This document shows positions 51,369 to 63,774 of a stretch of 64,000 nt of DNA, one piece after another (position 1 is the stretch's first letter; every line of letters begins with the position of its first letter). The notes beneath the pieces are model-generated. The model had not been told where the DNA came from and ran no database searches. It worked only from the letters and a program-made list of their open reading frames with translations. The position numbers and the translations under genes were made by a program. The DNA lies in assembly GCA_965248835.1 (NCBI GenBank), contig CBDFLJ010000002.1:832001-896000 (forward strand), given 5' to 3'. The stretch is from Alphaproteobacteria bacterium (lineage in GTDB: Bacteria; Pseudomonadota; Alphaproteobacteria; MPNO01).

Positions 51369-53411
51369 ATGTCCGCGCGTTTCGTCATCGGCGTCGATGT
51401 CGGCGGCACGTTCACCGACATCGTGTGCCTGGATTCGCAGACCCAAGCGCTGCTCTCCGCCAAGGTGCCCTCGCTGCCGGGCAGCCAGTGGCGCGGGGTG
51501 CTCAATGCGCTGGGCGAGCTCGGCATCGATAGCGCGGAGATCCGCGCCTTCGTCCACGGCACGACGATTGCGACCAACGCGCTCCTGGAGCGCAAGGGCG
51601 CCAAGACCGCGCTGGTGACCACCGAGGGCTTCCGCGACACGCTCGAGATCGGCCGCACGCGGCGGCTGATCGGTGGGCTGTTCGACATCAAGTTCACCCG
51701 GCCCAAGCCTTTGGTGCCGCGCGACCTCAGGCTCGAAGTGGCTGAACGGACGGCGGCCGACGGCACGCTGATCGCCGAGACCGAGGACGCCGCGCTCGCC
51801 GCCATCGCCGCACGGATCCGGGAGGCGGGCTGTGAAGCGGTCGCGGTCTGCTTCCTCAACGCCTATGCCAATGACGCGAACGAGCGCGCCGCCGGCGCGG
51901 CCTTGCGGGCGGCGCTCGATGGGATTCCGGTCTCGGAGTCCGCTGCCGTCGTCCGCGAGAAGGGCGAGTTCGAGCGGTTTTCGACCTGTGTGCTCAACGC
52001 CTATCTGACGCCGATCCTGCGCCGCTATCTCGAAACCCTGAGCGGAGAGCTGGAAGCCCGGGGGGTCGCGGCTCCGGTCAGCATCATGGGCTCGAACGGC
52101 GGGGTGATGACGCTCGCCAAGGCGGCCGAGTTCGCCGCCGGCACCTTCCTGTCCGGGCCGGTCGGCGGTGCCGGCGGCGCGGTCCGGATCTGCGAGATGG
52201 CCGGCATTCCCGGCTGCATCACCTTCGACATGGGCGGCACCTCGACCGATGTCGCGCTGATCGATCGGCTCACCCCCAGGATCAGCCATGCCAACCAGAT
52301 CGACGCCTATCCGCTCCAGGTCCCTCAGCTCGACATCCACACCATCGGCGCGGGCGGCGGCAGCATCGCCTGGGTGCAGGCGGACGGCACGCTCGAGGTC
52401 GGCCCGCGGAGCGCCGGTGCGCTGCCGGGGCCGGCGTGCTACCAGCGCGGCGGGACCGAGCCGACGATCTCCGATGCCAACCTGCTGCTCGGCCGGCTGC
52501 CGACCGACCGCGCGCTGGCCGGCAACCTGCTTCTGTCGGTTTCGCCGGCCGAGGAGGCCTTCACGCGGCTCGCCGGGCAAATTCAGGGTGGCCGCGACCT
52601 TGTCGCCCTTGCCGACGGCGTCCTCGGCATCGCGGTCGCCAAGATGGCCGGGGCGGTGCGCGAGGTCTCGGTTCACCGCGGCTTCGACCCCCGCGACTTC
52701 GCGCTTCTGGGCTTCGGCGGCGCCGGGCCGATGCACGTCTTCCTGGTCGCCGAGGAGCTGGCAATCAGCCACGTCCTGATCCCGCGCTTTCCCGGCCACC
52801 TGTCGGCGCTCGGCCAGCTTCTCGCCGACCTGCGGCGCGATTTCGTGCGCAGCTGGGGCGGGCGGCTGTCGGGACTCGCCACCGCAGACTTCCAGGCCGA
52901 GGCGGCTTCGATGCGCGCACAGGCCGAGGCGCTGCTGGAAGAGGACGGCTTTGCCCGCGACCGCCACGCCCATGCCTTCAGCCTGGACATGCGCTATGTC
53001 GGCCAGTCCTACACGCTCTCGGTGGCGTGCGATCCCGCGACCGCCGCATGGCAGGACGTCCGCAAGGCCTTCGGGGCGCGCCACGCCCAGACCTTCGGCC
53101 ATGACGACACCGAATCCGATGTCGAGATCGTTAACATCCGGCTGGTCTCGCGCGGGTTGATCGACAAGCCCGGCCTTGCCTTCCGGCCGGAGCGCTCCGG
53201 CGATCCGATCATCGAGCGCCGGCCGGTCTGGTTCGGCGGCGCGCGGGTGGATTGTCCGATCTATGACCGCGCAGCGATGCCGGCCGGGTTCACGCTGGAA
53301 GGGCCGGCGATCATCGAGGAGGCCGGCGGCACCTCGGTCGTCCCGCCGCGCTGGCAGGTGACGGTCCACGGCTCCGGCGCGCTCGATTGCCGGTTGCCGG
53401 CCGATGAGTGA
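51369..53411 (+). CDS. Hydantoinase A/oxoprolinase family protein
   Basis: GVDVGGTFTD, HGTTIATNA, SGPVGG, DMGGTSTD, GAGGGS. Confidence 0.93.
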   Translation: MSARFVIGVDVGGTFTDIVCLDSQTQALLSAKVPSLPGSQWRGVLNALGELGIDSAEIRAFVHGTTIATNALLERKGAKTALVTTEGFRDTLEIGRTRRLIGGLFDIKFTRPKPLVPRDLRLEVAERTAADGTLIAETEDAALAAIAARIREAGCEAVAVCFLNAYANDANERAAGAALRAALDGIPVSESAAVVREKGEFERFSTCVLNAYLTPILRRYLETLSGELEARGVAAPVSIMGSNGGVMTLAKAAEFAAGTFLSGPVGGAGGAVRICEMAGIPGCITFDMGGTSTDVALIDRLTPRISHANQIDAYPLQVPQLDIHTIGAGGGSIAWVQADGTLEVGPRSAGALPGPACYQRGGTEPTISDANLLLGRLPTDRALAGNLLLSVSPAEEAFTRLAGQIQGGRDLVALADGVLGIAVAKMAGAVREVSVHRGFDPRDFALLGFGGAGPMHVFLVAEELAISHVLIPRFPGHLSALGQLLADLRRDFVRSWGGRLSGLATADFQAEAASMRAQAEALLEEDGFARDRHAHAFSLDMRYVGQSYTLSVACDPATAAWQDVRKAFGARHAQTFGHDDTESDVEIVNIRLVSRGLIDKPGLAFRPERSGDPIIERRPVWFGGARVDCPIYDRAAMPAGFTLEGPAIIEEAGGTSVVPPRWQVTVHGSGALDCRLPADE

Positions 53412-53455
53412 GCCGGGCATTATGACGGCATATGATCAGTGCGAGGATTCGAGGA

Positions 53456-54796
53456 ATGGCACCGGCTGATACGGTAATCGAAGCGGCCGCCGCCGAGGCC
53501 GAACGGCCCGGCGCGATGAGCCAGGCCGCGTATTTCGAGATCGCCGAACGGGTTCTGCCGGGCGGCGCCTTCGGCAGCTATGCCTTGCCCGAGGACGTGC
53601 GTCTGGTCATCCACCGGGGTGCCGGCTCGCGCATTCAGGATGCCGACGGGCGCTGGTATATCGACTATGTCGGCGGTGCCGGCGCGCTGATCCTGGGCCA
53701 CGCCCATCCGGCGATCGTCGAGGCCGCCCAGGCCCAGGTGGCCAACGGGATGCACTTCTTCGGCACCGTGCACGAGCCGGTGCTCGCGCTGGCGAATATC
53801 CTGATCGATGTCATTCCGTGCGCCGAGAAGATGTGTTTCGCGACCACCGGGTCGGAGGCGACGGCCTATGCCTTGCGCCTGGCGCGGGCCTTTACCGGGC
53901 GCGACAAGATCCTGAAATTCGAGGGCGGCTTTCACGGCAACCACGACTATGGGAATTTCTCGGTTTCCCCGTCCGCGGTATCCAACTACCCGCAGGGCCG
54001 CCCCGATTCCGGCGGCATGCCGCGCGCGCTGCACGATACCGTCCTGGTCGCGCCGTTCAACAACCTCGACACCGTGCGCCGCATCGTCGAGGCGCACCGC
54101 GCCGATCTCGCCGCTATCATCGTCGAGCCGGTCCAGCGGATCATCTTCCCTCTGCCCGATTTCCTGCCCGGCCTGCGCAAGATCTGCGACGACAACGACG
54201 TGCTGCTGATCTTCGACGAGGTGGTCACCGGCTTCCGGCTGGCGCTCGGCGGCGCCCAGGCGTATTTCGGGGTCAAGCCCGATATGGCGAGCTACGGCAA
54301 GATCGTCGGCGGCGGCGGGTCGCTGTCGTGTGTCGCCGGCCGCGCCGACATTATCGCGCTGGCCGATCCGGCCAACCGGGGGCGCCCGGACTACGCCTAT
54401 GTCAACGGCACGCTGCACGGCAACCCGGTGGCCGCGGCCGCAGGCATCGCCTCGATGATCGAGCTCGGCAGGCAGGGGGTCTACCAGCGCCTGCACAGCA
54501 CGAGCGCTTCCTTCCTCAAGGACTGCCAGGCCGTGCTCGACAGGCACCGCCTGCCGGCGATCGTCACCGGCGAAGCCTCGCTGTGGCAGATCCTGTTCAT
54601 GGACAGGCCGCCGGTCAGCCATGCCGACGTGATGGGCTCGGACGGCGCGGCAAGCCGCAGGCTGGACATGGCGATGCTGCGCAACGGGATCTACGTGCTG
54701 CCCAATGTCCGCCGATTCACCTCCCTCGTCCATGACGAGACGGACTACGAGCAGACGCTCAAGGCGCTCGATGGATCGTGCCGCGCCGTCGCCTGA
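53456..54796 (+). CDS. Class III PLP aminotransferase (glutamate-1-semialdehyde aminomutase-like)
   Basis: LGHAHP, GSEAT, FDEVVTGFR, GKIVGGG, GTLHGNP; start uncertain. Confidence 0.9.
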   Translation: MAPADTVIEAAAAEAERPGAMSQAAYFEIAERVLPGGAFGSYALPEDVRLVIHRGAGSRIQDADGRWYIDYVGGAGALILGHAHPAIVEAAQAQVANGMHFFGTVHEPVLALANILIDVIPCAEKMCFATTGSEATAYALRLARAFTGRDKILKFEGGFHGNHDYGNFSVSPSAVSNYPQGRPDSGGMPRALHDTVLVAPFNNLDTVRRIVEAHRADLAAIIVEPVQRIIFPLPDFLPGLRKICDDNDVLLIFDEVVTGFRLALGGAQAYFGVKPDMASYGKIVGGGGSLSCVAGRADIIALADPANRGRPDYAYVNGTLHGNPVAAAAGIASMIELGRQGVYQRLHSTSASFLKDCQAVLDRHRLPAIVTGEASLWQILFMDRPPVSHADVMGSDGAASRRLDMAMLRNGIYVLPNVRRFTSLVHDETDYEQTLKALDGSCRAVA

Positions 54797-55467
54797 TGGC
54801 GGGATCGCTCAAGGGCCAGGCCGTTCTGTTCTCCGAGATGACGCCCGCACCGGGCGACGAGGCGCGGTTCAACGACTGGTACGACAACCACCACACGCCG
54901 TCCCATGTCCAGGGCGTGCCGGGTTTCCTGAGCGCGCACCGCTACGCGGCGCCGGACGGGCCGGGATACTGCGCAGTCTACGAGCTCGACGACTCGGCGA
55001 CGCTGGAGACCGAGGAATACCGGTCGCGCAAATACACGCCCGATGAGCGGACCAGGGCCATGCTCGCCTCGGTCTCCGGCTTCACCCGCTATATCGGCAA
55101 GGAGATCGGCTTTCTTGGCGATCCGCAGACCGCGCTCGATGCCGAGATCCTGCTCGCGGTCTTCTTCGCGGTCCCCGACGACCGCCAGGCCGAGTTCCTC
55201 GACTGGTACGGCAACGAGCACGCGCCGATGCTGATCGAATGCCCGGGCTGGCTGATGGCGCGAACGATGGCGGTCATCGACCACAACCCGGATCCGTTCA
55301 CCCACATGATCCTGCACTATCACGCGCACGAACAGGTGCGGCGCGCGCCGGAGGCGGCCCGCGCCCACGACACCGAATGGCGCAAGCGCCTGGTCGCCGA
55401 GCCCTGGTACGCCCCGCGCTCGGTGATGTACCGCAAGCGCGGCACACGGTTCCTTAAATCCGGCTGA
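54796..55467 (+). CDS. EthD/DUF4286-like duplicated dimeric alpha-beta barrel protein
   Basis: Two repeats FNDWYDNHH..VPGF / FLDWYGNEH..CPGW; TGATG coupling. Confidence 0.7.
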   Translation: MAGSLKGQAVLFSEMTPAPGDEARFNDWYDNHHTPSHVQGVPGFLSAHRYAAPDGPGYCAVYELDDSATLETEEYRSRKYTPDERTRAMLASVSGFTRYIGKEIGFLGDPQTALDAEILLAVFFAVPDDRQAEFLDWYGNEHAPMLIECPGWLMARTMAVIDHNPDPFTHMILHYHAHEQVRRAPEAARAHDTEWRKRLVAEPWYAPRSVMYRKRGTRFLKSG

Positions 55468-55493
55468 GGCCCCCCAAAAAGAGGAGTGATGAG

Positions 55494-55871
55494 ATGACCA
55501 CGCTATTCGAAGACGGGCTGGAGGTCCGCCGCGCCACGCTGGGCGCGCAATGGGTCGACCCGCAGCTCGAAAAAGCCAAGGCGGACGACTTCGTCAACAC
55601 GATCCAGAACCACGTCACCGAGTATTGCTGGGGCATGGTCTGGACGCGCGAGGGGCTCGACCGCAAGACCCGCTCGATGCTGACCCTGGCGATCCTGACC
55701 ACGCTCGGCAAGATGACCGAGCTGAAAGGCCACGTCCGCGGCGCCCTCAACAACGGCTGCACCGTTGAGGAGATCCGCGAGGTGCTGCTCCACGCGACCG
55801 TCTATGCCGGCATCCCGGCCGGCGTGGATGCGTTCCGCAACGCCAAGGAGGCGCTCGAAGCGCTGGAATAG
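55494..55871 (+). CDS. Carboxymuconolactone decarboxylase family protein
   Basis: GLEVRRATLG, WG.VWTREGLDRKTRS, HVRGALNNG, VYAGIPA. Confidence 0.9.
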   Translation: MTTLFEDGLEVRRATLGAQWVDPQLEKAKADDFVNTIQNHVTEYCWGMVWTREGLDRKTRSMLTLAILTTLGKMTELKGHVRGALNNGCTVEEIREVLLHATVYAGIPAGVDAFRNAKEALEALE

Positions 55872-55956
55872 CGCCTGCTCCGGCCGTTGAAAGACGCGTC
55901 ATCGACAGGCACCCTTGGGCGGCTTCCACCCGCTCCGGGGATCTGGAGTTCGAAAG

Positions 55957-57437
<1,481 letters not shown>

Positions 57438-57441
<4 letters not shown>

Positions 57442-58412
57442 AAATGCGCATCGCCGGACGCCGAAGCGAGGGCCCGGGGCTCGCCTGGGTCTGGGGCCAG
57501 ATCCCGCTGCTCGCGCTGCTCGCGGTATGCCTGGCCGCCGCGATCATGTCCGAGCGCTTCCTGTCGCCGATCAACATCAACAATGTCCTCATGCAGGGCG
57601 CGGTGATGACGGTCATCGCGATCGGCATGACCTATGTAATCATCTGCGGCGGGTTCGACCTTTCGGTGGGTTCGGTGATCGCGCTGTCGGGCTGCGTGGC
57701 CGCTTCGGTGATGCTGGAGACCAACATCGTCTTCGGGATCGGCGCGGGGATCGCAGTCGGTGCCGCGGTCGGGCTGATCAACGGCCTGATCGTCACCCGG
57801 CTGGACGTCAATCCGTTCATTGCGACGCTGGCGACGATGGTTCTGTTCCGCGGCGCGACGCTGCTGTTCACCGACGGCCGGCCGGTCGTCGGTGAAGACG
57901 GGCTGCCCGAGCTTTTCATGGCGTTTGCGCTCGAACGGCTGTTCGGCGTGCCGTACCTGGTCTGGCTGCCGATCCTGATCTTCGGCGCCTTTCACTGGCT
58001 GCTTCATCACACGCCTTACGGGATCCGGGTGTTCGCCACCGGCGGCAACACCGAGGCTGCCTACCTCGCCGGGGTGGCCGTGGCGCGGGTGCGGGCGTCG
58101 GCCTATGTCTGGTGCGGCGCGCTTGCCGGTGTCGGCGGGGTGATGCTCGCCTCCCGCGTCCAGTCCGGACAGCCCACGGCCGGCTATTTCTATGAGCTGA
58201 CCGCGATCGCGGCCGTCGTGCTCGGCGGCGCGTCCTTGTTCGGCGGCGAGGGCAAGCTCTACAAATCGGTCATCGGCGTGTTCATCATGATCGTGCTTGC
58301 CAACGCGCTGAACCTCGCCGGTGTGCATTCCTACTGGCAGCAGGTCGCGGTCGGCCTGGTGCTGGTCGCCGCGGCCGCGGCCGACCGGCTGCGCCGGGGA
58401 AGCGCCGTTTGA
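57438..58412 (+). CDS. Sugar (RbsC-type) ABC permease
   Basis: GGFDLSVGS, PFIATL, ELTAIAAVVLGG. Confidence 0.92.
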
Positions 58413-58463
58413 TCGGCGCACAGACGTGGTAGACTTGGCGGCAGATTCGCAGGGAGTCCTACG

Positions 58464-59381
58464 ATGAAAAAGCTGCTTCTGGCCGCCATTGCCTGCGCCG
58501 TGCCGTTCATGGCAAGCGGGCTTGCCGAGGCCAAGACCATCGGCGTCGCCCTCGCGTCTGACACCAACCCGTTCTACATCGCGATGCTCAAGGGCATAAA
58601 GATCCGCGGCAAGGCGCTGGGCTACGAGGTCACCGCGGTGACCGCCAACAACGATGCCGCCAAGCAGCTCGACGGGGTCAACGATCTGATCGCGCGCAAG
58701 GTCGACGGGATTCTCATCTCGCCGGTCGATGCCAAGGCGCTGTGCGGCGTCTACACCAGGGCTAAGGCCGCCGGCATCCCGATGATGTCGATCGCCCGCG
58801 GCTCGGCCTGCAAGGACCAGCTTCTGCACATCTCCGTCGACGAGATCCAGGTCGGCAGCGAGATCGCCGAATGGACCGCCAAGGCGATCGGCTACAAGGG
58901 CAAGGTCGCCATGCTCGCCGGGCCGGCCGGCGCCCAGGCCTTCCAAAACTTCGCCAAGGGCTATGAGGACGTGATGGCGAAGTACAAGGACATCGAGATC
59001 GCCTTCCGGCACGAGATGATCCTGACCCGCGAGAACGGGCTGAAATACGGCGAGGACGCGCTGGTCTCCCATCCCGACGTCAAGGCGATCTACGGCGCCA
59101 ACGACGAACTCGGCATGGGCGCGGCCCAGGCCGCCGCCGCCGCCGGCATGAAGGATAAGGTGATCGTGACCGGCATGAACGGCATCCCGCCGGCGGTCCG
59201 CGCGGTCAAGAAGGGCTCGATGGACCTGACCGTGGTGCTCAACCCGGTCCAGTGGGGCTTCCTCGGCGCGAATACCATGAACGCCTATCTGTCGGGCAAG
59301 ACGTTCGACCGCAAGGTGTTCGTCGGCCACGTGCTGGTCGACAAGACCAACGTGGACAAGTTCATCCGCAAGAAGAAATAG
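58464..59381 (+). CDS. Sugar (RbsB-type) ABC substrate-binding protein
   Basis: Signal peptide, NPFY, VDGILISPVD, ANDELGMGA. Confidence 0.9.
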   Translation: MKKLLLAAIACAVPFMASGLAEAKTIGVALASDTNPFYIAMLKGIKIRGKALGYEVTAVTANNDAAKQLDGVNDLIARKVDGILISPVDAKALCGVYTRAKAAGIPMMSIARGSACKDQLLHISVDEIQVGSEIAEWTAKAIGYKGKVAMLAGPAGAQAFQNFAKGYEDVMAKYKDIEIAFRHEMILTRENGLKYGEDALVSHPDVKAIYGANDELGMGAAQAAAAAGMKDKVIVTGMNGIPPAVRAVKKGSMDLTVVLNPVQWGFLGANTMNAYLSGKTFDRKVFVGHVLVDKTNVDKFIRKKK

Positions 59382-59389
59382 GACGGGCG

Positions 59390-60424
59390 ATGGCCGGCTC
59401 CTCGGGCGCGGTCGAGCGCCCGGACGCAGATCTGATCGCCGCGCTGGAGCGGTCCAACGTCCACCCGCTGTGGACGCGCTACAAGGAGATCACCCCGGCC
59501 GAGCCCGGCGCGGCGGACGGCGCGATGCTGTGGCGCTGGCACGACCTCGCGCCGTTCACCGTGCGTGCCGCCAGGGAAGTGCCGATCGAGGATGTCGAGC
59601 GCCGGGCCCTGATCATGGTCAACCCGGCATTCGGCGGCCGGACCATGACGACCGCCAATCTGATCGCGGCCTTCACCGTTCTGGAGCCCGGCGACAAGGC
59701 GGTGCCGCACCGACATACCGCCGCGGCGATCCGGTTCTCCGCCGCGGCCGATGGCGCGGTCACCATCGTCAACGGCCGGCGCTGCGAGATGAAGAAGGGC
59801 GATCTGATCGTCACGCCGCCGATGTGCTGGCACGGCCACATCAACGAGTCCGATCACCGGACGGTCTGGTTCGATGCCGCCAATATCCCGCTGATCAACG
59901 ACCTTGACGTCAACTTCTTCGAGCCCGGCAGCCGGCAGGCCGACGATTTCTGGCAGGTCGACGAGGGCGAAGAGCGGCTTTGGGCATCGGCCGGGCTGGT
60001 CGCGCCTGCACTCCGGCACGACGGCCCGCACACGCCCAAATACCGCTATCCGGGGGCGGACACGCGGGCGATGCTGGACGCCGTGCCCGCCGGCCCCGAC
60101 GGGGCGCGCTGGATACGCTATGTCAACCCGCTGACCGGCGGCCCGGTGATGCCCTCGCTCGACTGCTACGCCGTGCGGATCGCAAAGGGTGCGCCGACGC
60201 GGGCACGGCGGACGACCTACAACGCCGTTTGCCTGGTGGTCTCCGGCGCCGGCCGGTCGGTCATCGGCGAGCGCGAATTCGACTGGTCGGAGAACGATGT
60301 CTTCTCGATCCCCCACTGGACCTGGGCGAGCCACGCGGCGGAGGGCGGCGCGGCCGACCTGTTCGTCGTCACCGACCGCGCCGTCCAGGAACACCTCGAT
60401 GTGGTCCGCGAGGAGTTGGCCTGA
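59390..60424 (+). CDS. Gentisate 1,2-dioxygenase-like bicupin
   Basis: ERRALIMVNP, HRHTAAAIRF, TPPMCWHGH, YVNPLTGG. Confidence 0.88.
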   Translation: MAGSSGAVERPDADLIAALERSNVHPLWTRYKEITPAEPGAADGAMLWRWHDLAPFTVRAAREVPIEDVERRALIMVNPAFGGRTMTTANLIAAFTVLEPGDKAVPHRHTAAAIRFSAAADGAVTIVNGRRCEMKKGDLIVTPPMCWHGHINESDHRTVWFDAANIPLINDLDVNFFEPGSRQADDFWQVDEGEERLWASAGLVAPALRHDGPHTPKYRYPGADTRAMLDAVPAGPDGARWIRYVNPLTGGPVMPSLDCYAVRIAKGAPTRARRTTYNAVCLVVSGAGRSVIGEREFDWSENDVFSIPHWTWASHAAEGGAADLFVVTDRAVQEHLDVVREELA

Positions 60425-60459
60425 GACGGTCCTTCGGTCCTCATGAGGACCTGCAAGCG

Positions 60460-61203
60460 CTAATGCGCGCGCAACAGCCGGCCGCAGCCGGCAATCCGGT
60501 CCTCGATCCCGGCCGCGCGCAAGCAAGCCCAAAGGGTCGCCGAATTGCTGCTGATCACCGGCTTGCCCAGCGAGTCTTCGAGCGGCTCGATCATGTCGAT
60601 CGCGTTGAAATCGGTGCAGCAGATCAACAGCGCCTCGGCGTCCGGCCGGTCGACGGCGCTTGCATGCGCGTAGACCTCTGCCGGCGGCACCCGGGAAATC
60701 TTCTGGATGCCGGCGAGATCGGTGTTGAGCCCGAGCCCGGAAGCGGCAAGGACCGTGATCCCGTGCTCTTCCAGATAGTGCTTCTCGTGGGCGTTGGTGG
60801 CTGCGGTGTAAGGGGTCGCCATGGTGATCCGGCTCACCCCGAGCGCGCCCAGTGCGGCGAGAATCGCTCCGGCGGTCGAGACCGCGTCCACGCCGGCAGC
60901 CTGACGCAGCTTGCCGATCAGCCGGTCGGCCGGACAGGCCATCGAGCCCGACGTGCAGCCATAGGCGATCAGGTCGACTTTGCACGATGCGAGCGCGGTG
61001 CCGGCGGCGGCGAGATCGTCCATCATCTCGGCGAAATCATCGGCCGCCGGGTCGGCATGGAGCGGCGAGCGGGTGAAGTGGAACGTCACCCCGTCGGGCT
61101 TGAGCCGGTTGAACTCGGTCTCGTTGACCGTGTTGCTGGGCGGCACGATCACGCCGATGCGCGCGCGCCAGCCGCCCGGTCTTTTGTCGTTGAGCGATTC
61201 CAC
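60460..61203 (-). CDS. Maleate cis-trans isomerase / arylmalonate decarboxylase family (Asp/Glu racemase fold)
   Basis: IGVIVPPSNT, YGCTSGS, TPY, ICCTDF, PVISSN. Confidence 0.88.
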   Translation of the reverse strand: MESLNDKRPGGWRARIGVIVPPSNTVNETEFNRLKPDGVTFHFTRSPLHADPAADDFAEMMDDLAAAGTALASCKVDLIAYGCTSGSMACPADRLIGKLRQAAGVDAVSTAGAILAALGALGVSRITMATPYTAATNAHEKHYLEEHGITVLAASGLGLNTDLAGIQKISRVPPAEVYAHASAVDRPDAEALLICCTDFNAIDMIEPLEDSLGKPVISSNSATLWACLRAAGIEDRIAGCGRLLRAH

Positions 61204-61322
61204 CGCGTCCTTCCCTTCCGATCCGAGCCCGAACAGTGCCAAGCGCGCGGCGGCCCGGCAAGGCCGGTTGACCGTGCGGCGGCCCGCCATATCCTTTCGC
61301 GAACCCTGAGCAGGAGGATTCT

Positions 61323-62522
61323 ATGGCGGCGGACGATCGTGTCCTGATCGCGGGTGCCGGCCCGGTGGGCTGCGTGGCGGCGCTCCATCTGGCGCGCGCC
61401 GGGATCCCGGTGACCCTCGTCGAGGCCGAGGCCGACCTGCCGATGGACCTGCGCGCGTCGACCTTCCATCCGCCGACTCTGGACATGCTGGAGGATCTCG
61501 GCGTGGTCGCGCCGCTGATCGAGCAGGGAATCATCTGCCCGATCTGGCAGAACCGCGATTCGGTGCGCGGCGTCGTTGCCGAGTGGGACCTCGGCCTGCT
61601 GAAGGACGACTGCCGCTACCCCTATCGAGTCCAGGCCGAGCAATACAAGCTTACCGGCATCATCGTCGATGTTCTGCGCGGCATGCCGGAGGCCGAACTG
61701 CGATTCTCGACCCCCGCCGTCTCGGTCGCGCAGGACGCCGACCGGGTGCGCCTGCGGGTCGACGGGCCGGACGGTCCCGAGACGCTCTGCGGCCGTTACC
61801 TGATCGCCGCCGACGGGGCTTCCAGCGTCATCCGCATCGGGCTCGGCATCGACTTCCCCGGCCTGACGTTTCCCGAATTGTGGCTGTGCACCAGCACGGC
61901 GTTCGATTTCGCCCGACATTTCGACAATCTGGCGCCGATCGCCTATGTCGCCGATCCCGCGTTCTGGTTCGTGTTCGTCCGCGTCCCGGGCCTCTGGCGT
62001 CTGCTGATGCCGACGTTCCCTGGCGAGACCGCGGAAGGCCTGGTGAGGGATGCGACCGTCCAGGATCGCATGCATCGGGTCTGCCCGATCGAGGGCGACT
62101 ACGAGACCTATCACCGCACCGCTTACGCCGTGCACCAGCGTGTCGCCGAGACCTATCGCAAGGGTCGGGTGTTCCTGGCCGGCGACTCGGCCCACATCAA
62201 CAACCCGCTGGGCGGGATGGGCATGAACGGCGGCATCCACGATGCGGTCAACCTGTGCGAGAAGCTTGTCGCGGTCTGGCGCGGCGAAGCCGGGGAGCAC
62301 GCCTTCGAGCGCTACGACGCCCAGCGCCGCCCGATTGCGGTCGAGTACGTCCAGGCGACGACGCTGCGCAACAAAGCGCTGCTGGAGGAGAAGGACCCCG
62401 GGGTCCGGGCCAAGCGCCTCGATGACCTCAGCCGGACCGCCGAAGACCCGGTCAAGGCCCGCGCGTTCCTGCTCCAGTCCTCGATGATCAAGGCGCTGGA
62501 GCGCGCCGCGGCGCTCGGCTGA
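61323..62522 (+). CDS. FAD-dependent monooxygenase (MhpA-like)
   Basis: GAGPVG, AADGASS, GDSAHINNPLGGMGMNGGIHDA. Confidence 0.9.
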   Translation: MAADDRVLIAGAGPVGCVAALHLARAGIPVTLVEAEADLPMDLRASTFHPPTLDMLEDLGVVAPLIEQGIICPIWQNRDSVRGVVAEWDLGLLKDDCRYPYRVQAEQYKLTGIIVDVLRGMPEAELRFSTPAVSVAQDADRVRLRVDGPDGPETLCGRYLIAADGASSVIRIGLGIDFPGLTFPELWLCTSTAFDFARHFDNLAPIAYVADPAFWFVFVRVPGLWRLLMPTFPGETAEGLVRDATVQDRMHRVCPIEGDYETYHRTAYAVHQRVAETYRKGRVFLAGDSAHINNPLGGMGMNGGIHDAVNLCEKLVAVWRGEAGEHAFERYDAQRRPIAVEYVQATTLRNKALLEEKDPGVRAKRLDDLSRTAEDPVKARAFLLQSSMIKALERAAALG

Positions 62523-62534
62523 GCGCTGCTCTCG

Positions 62535-63734
62535 CTACTCTGCGGCCGCCGCGGTCGCCGCCTCCAGGCCCCGGTAGTTGTCGTCTACGAAGCTCCGCAG
62601 CCCGGGCATCACCTTGTCCGCGAACAGATCGATGCTCTTGCGCGTCAGATCGGCCGGCAGGGTCGCGAACTGCATCATTGCGACGTAGTTCTGGAAGCCG
62701 GTCAGGTTGTGCGCGCGCCGCAAGTGCTCCAGCACCGTCTGCGGGCTGCCGCAGACGAAGGTGCCGACATCGATGAGCTGCTCGATGCTCGGGCCCGCGC
62801 CGCCGCGGAGCTGGCGCTTGTGCTTCAGGACGCCCTTGAGCGAGGACTTGCTCAGATAGCCGGGCGGGAAGTGCATCTCCATCGGCATGGTCAGGAACTT
62901 GGCGAAGAACGCTTCGATATGGGGGCGCGCCTCCTCGACCGCCTGGTCATCGGTCTCCGCGACATAGGTCGGCGCCGCCCAGCCGATCTGCTGCGAGGCG
63001 GCGTCGTAGCCGTGGATGTCGCGGGCCATTTGCCGGTACAGGTTGAGATAGCGCGCAACCGAGGTCAGCGGGCTGTATGTCTGCAGATACACGTAGCGCC
63101 GGTCGGGATGGGAGGCCCACTGGATGGTCTCCGTCGAGCCCTGCGAAGGGCACCAGATCGGCGGATGCGGCTGCTGATAGGGTCTGGGCCAAAGGTTGAC
63201 GTATTCGAAGTGATAGTGCTTGCCCTCGAAGGCGAAGGGTCCTTCTTCGGTCCAGGCGCGCACGACCAGGTCGTGGGCCTCCTGATGGCGCGACAGCGAC
63301 TGGGTCGGGTTGCCGCCCATCGAATAGTATTCCGCGCCGATGCCTCTCACGAAGCCCGAGATCAAACGCCCCTCGGTGATGCAGTCGATCATCGCGTGCT
63401 CTTCGGCCAAGGTCAGCGGATGCTCGCGCAGGCAGAACGCGTTGCCGAGGATGGCGATCTTCGCCCGGCTGGTGCGCCGCGACAGCGCGCCGGCCATCAC
63501 CACCGGCGAAGGCATCAGACCATAGGCGTTCTGGTGATGCTCGTTGACGCAAACGCCGTCGAACCCGACCGCCTCGGCATATTCGAGCTCGTCCAGGAAC
63601 CGGTTGTAGAGAACGTGGCCCTTCTCCGGGTCGAACAGCGCGTTGGGCAGGACCACCCAGGCCGCCCGGTGCTTGGCGCGCTCGGCGAAGTCAAGCTCGG
63701 CATAGGGCATCAGGTGAAACGAGAAGACCTGCAT
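62535..63734 (-). CDS. LLM-class flavin-dependent oxidoreductase
   Basis: GFDGVCVNEHH, LAEEHAMID..GRL, PRPYQQPHPPIW. Confidence 0.92.
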   Translation of the reverse strand: MQVFSFHLMPYAELDFAERAKHRAAWVVLPNALFDPEKGHVLYNRFLDELEYAEAVGFDGVCVNEHHQNAYGLMPSPVVMAGALSRRTSRAKIAILGNAFCLREHPLTLAEEHAMIDCITEGRLISGFVRGIGAEYYSMGGNPTQSLSRHQEAHDLVVRAWTEEGPFAFEGKHYHFEYVNLWPRPYQQPHPPIWCPSQGSTETIQWASHPDRRYVYLQTYSPLTSVARYLNLYRQMARDIHGYDAASQQIGWAAPTYVAETDDQAVEEARPHIEAFFAKFLTMPMEMHFPPGYLSKSSLKGVLKHKRQLRGGAGPSIEQLIDVGTFVCGSPQTVLEHLRRAHNLTGFQNYVAMMQFATLPADLTRKSIDLFADKVMPGLRSFVDDNYRGLEAATAAAAE

Positions 63735-63774
63735 GAAGGGGACCTTTCCTGCGCAGATGCGGTGAAATGCGGTC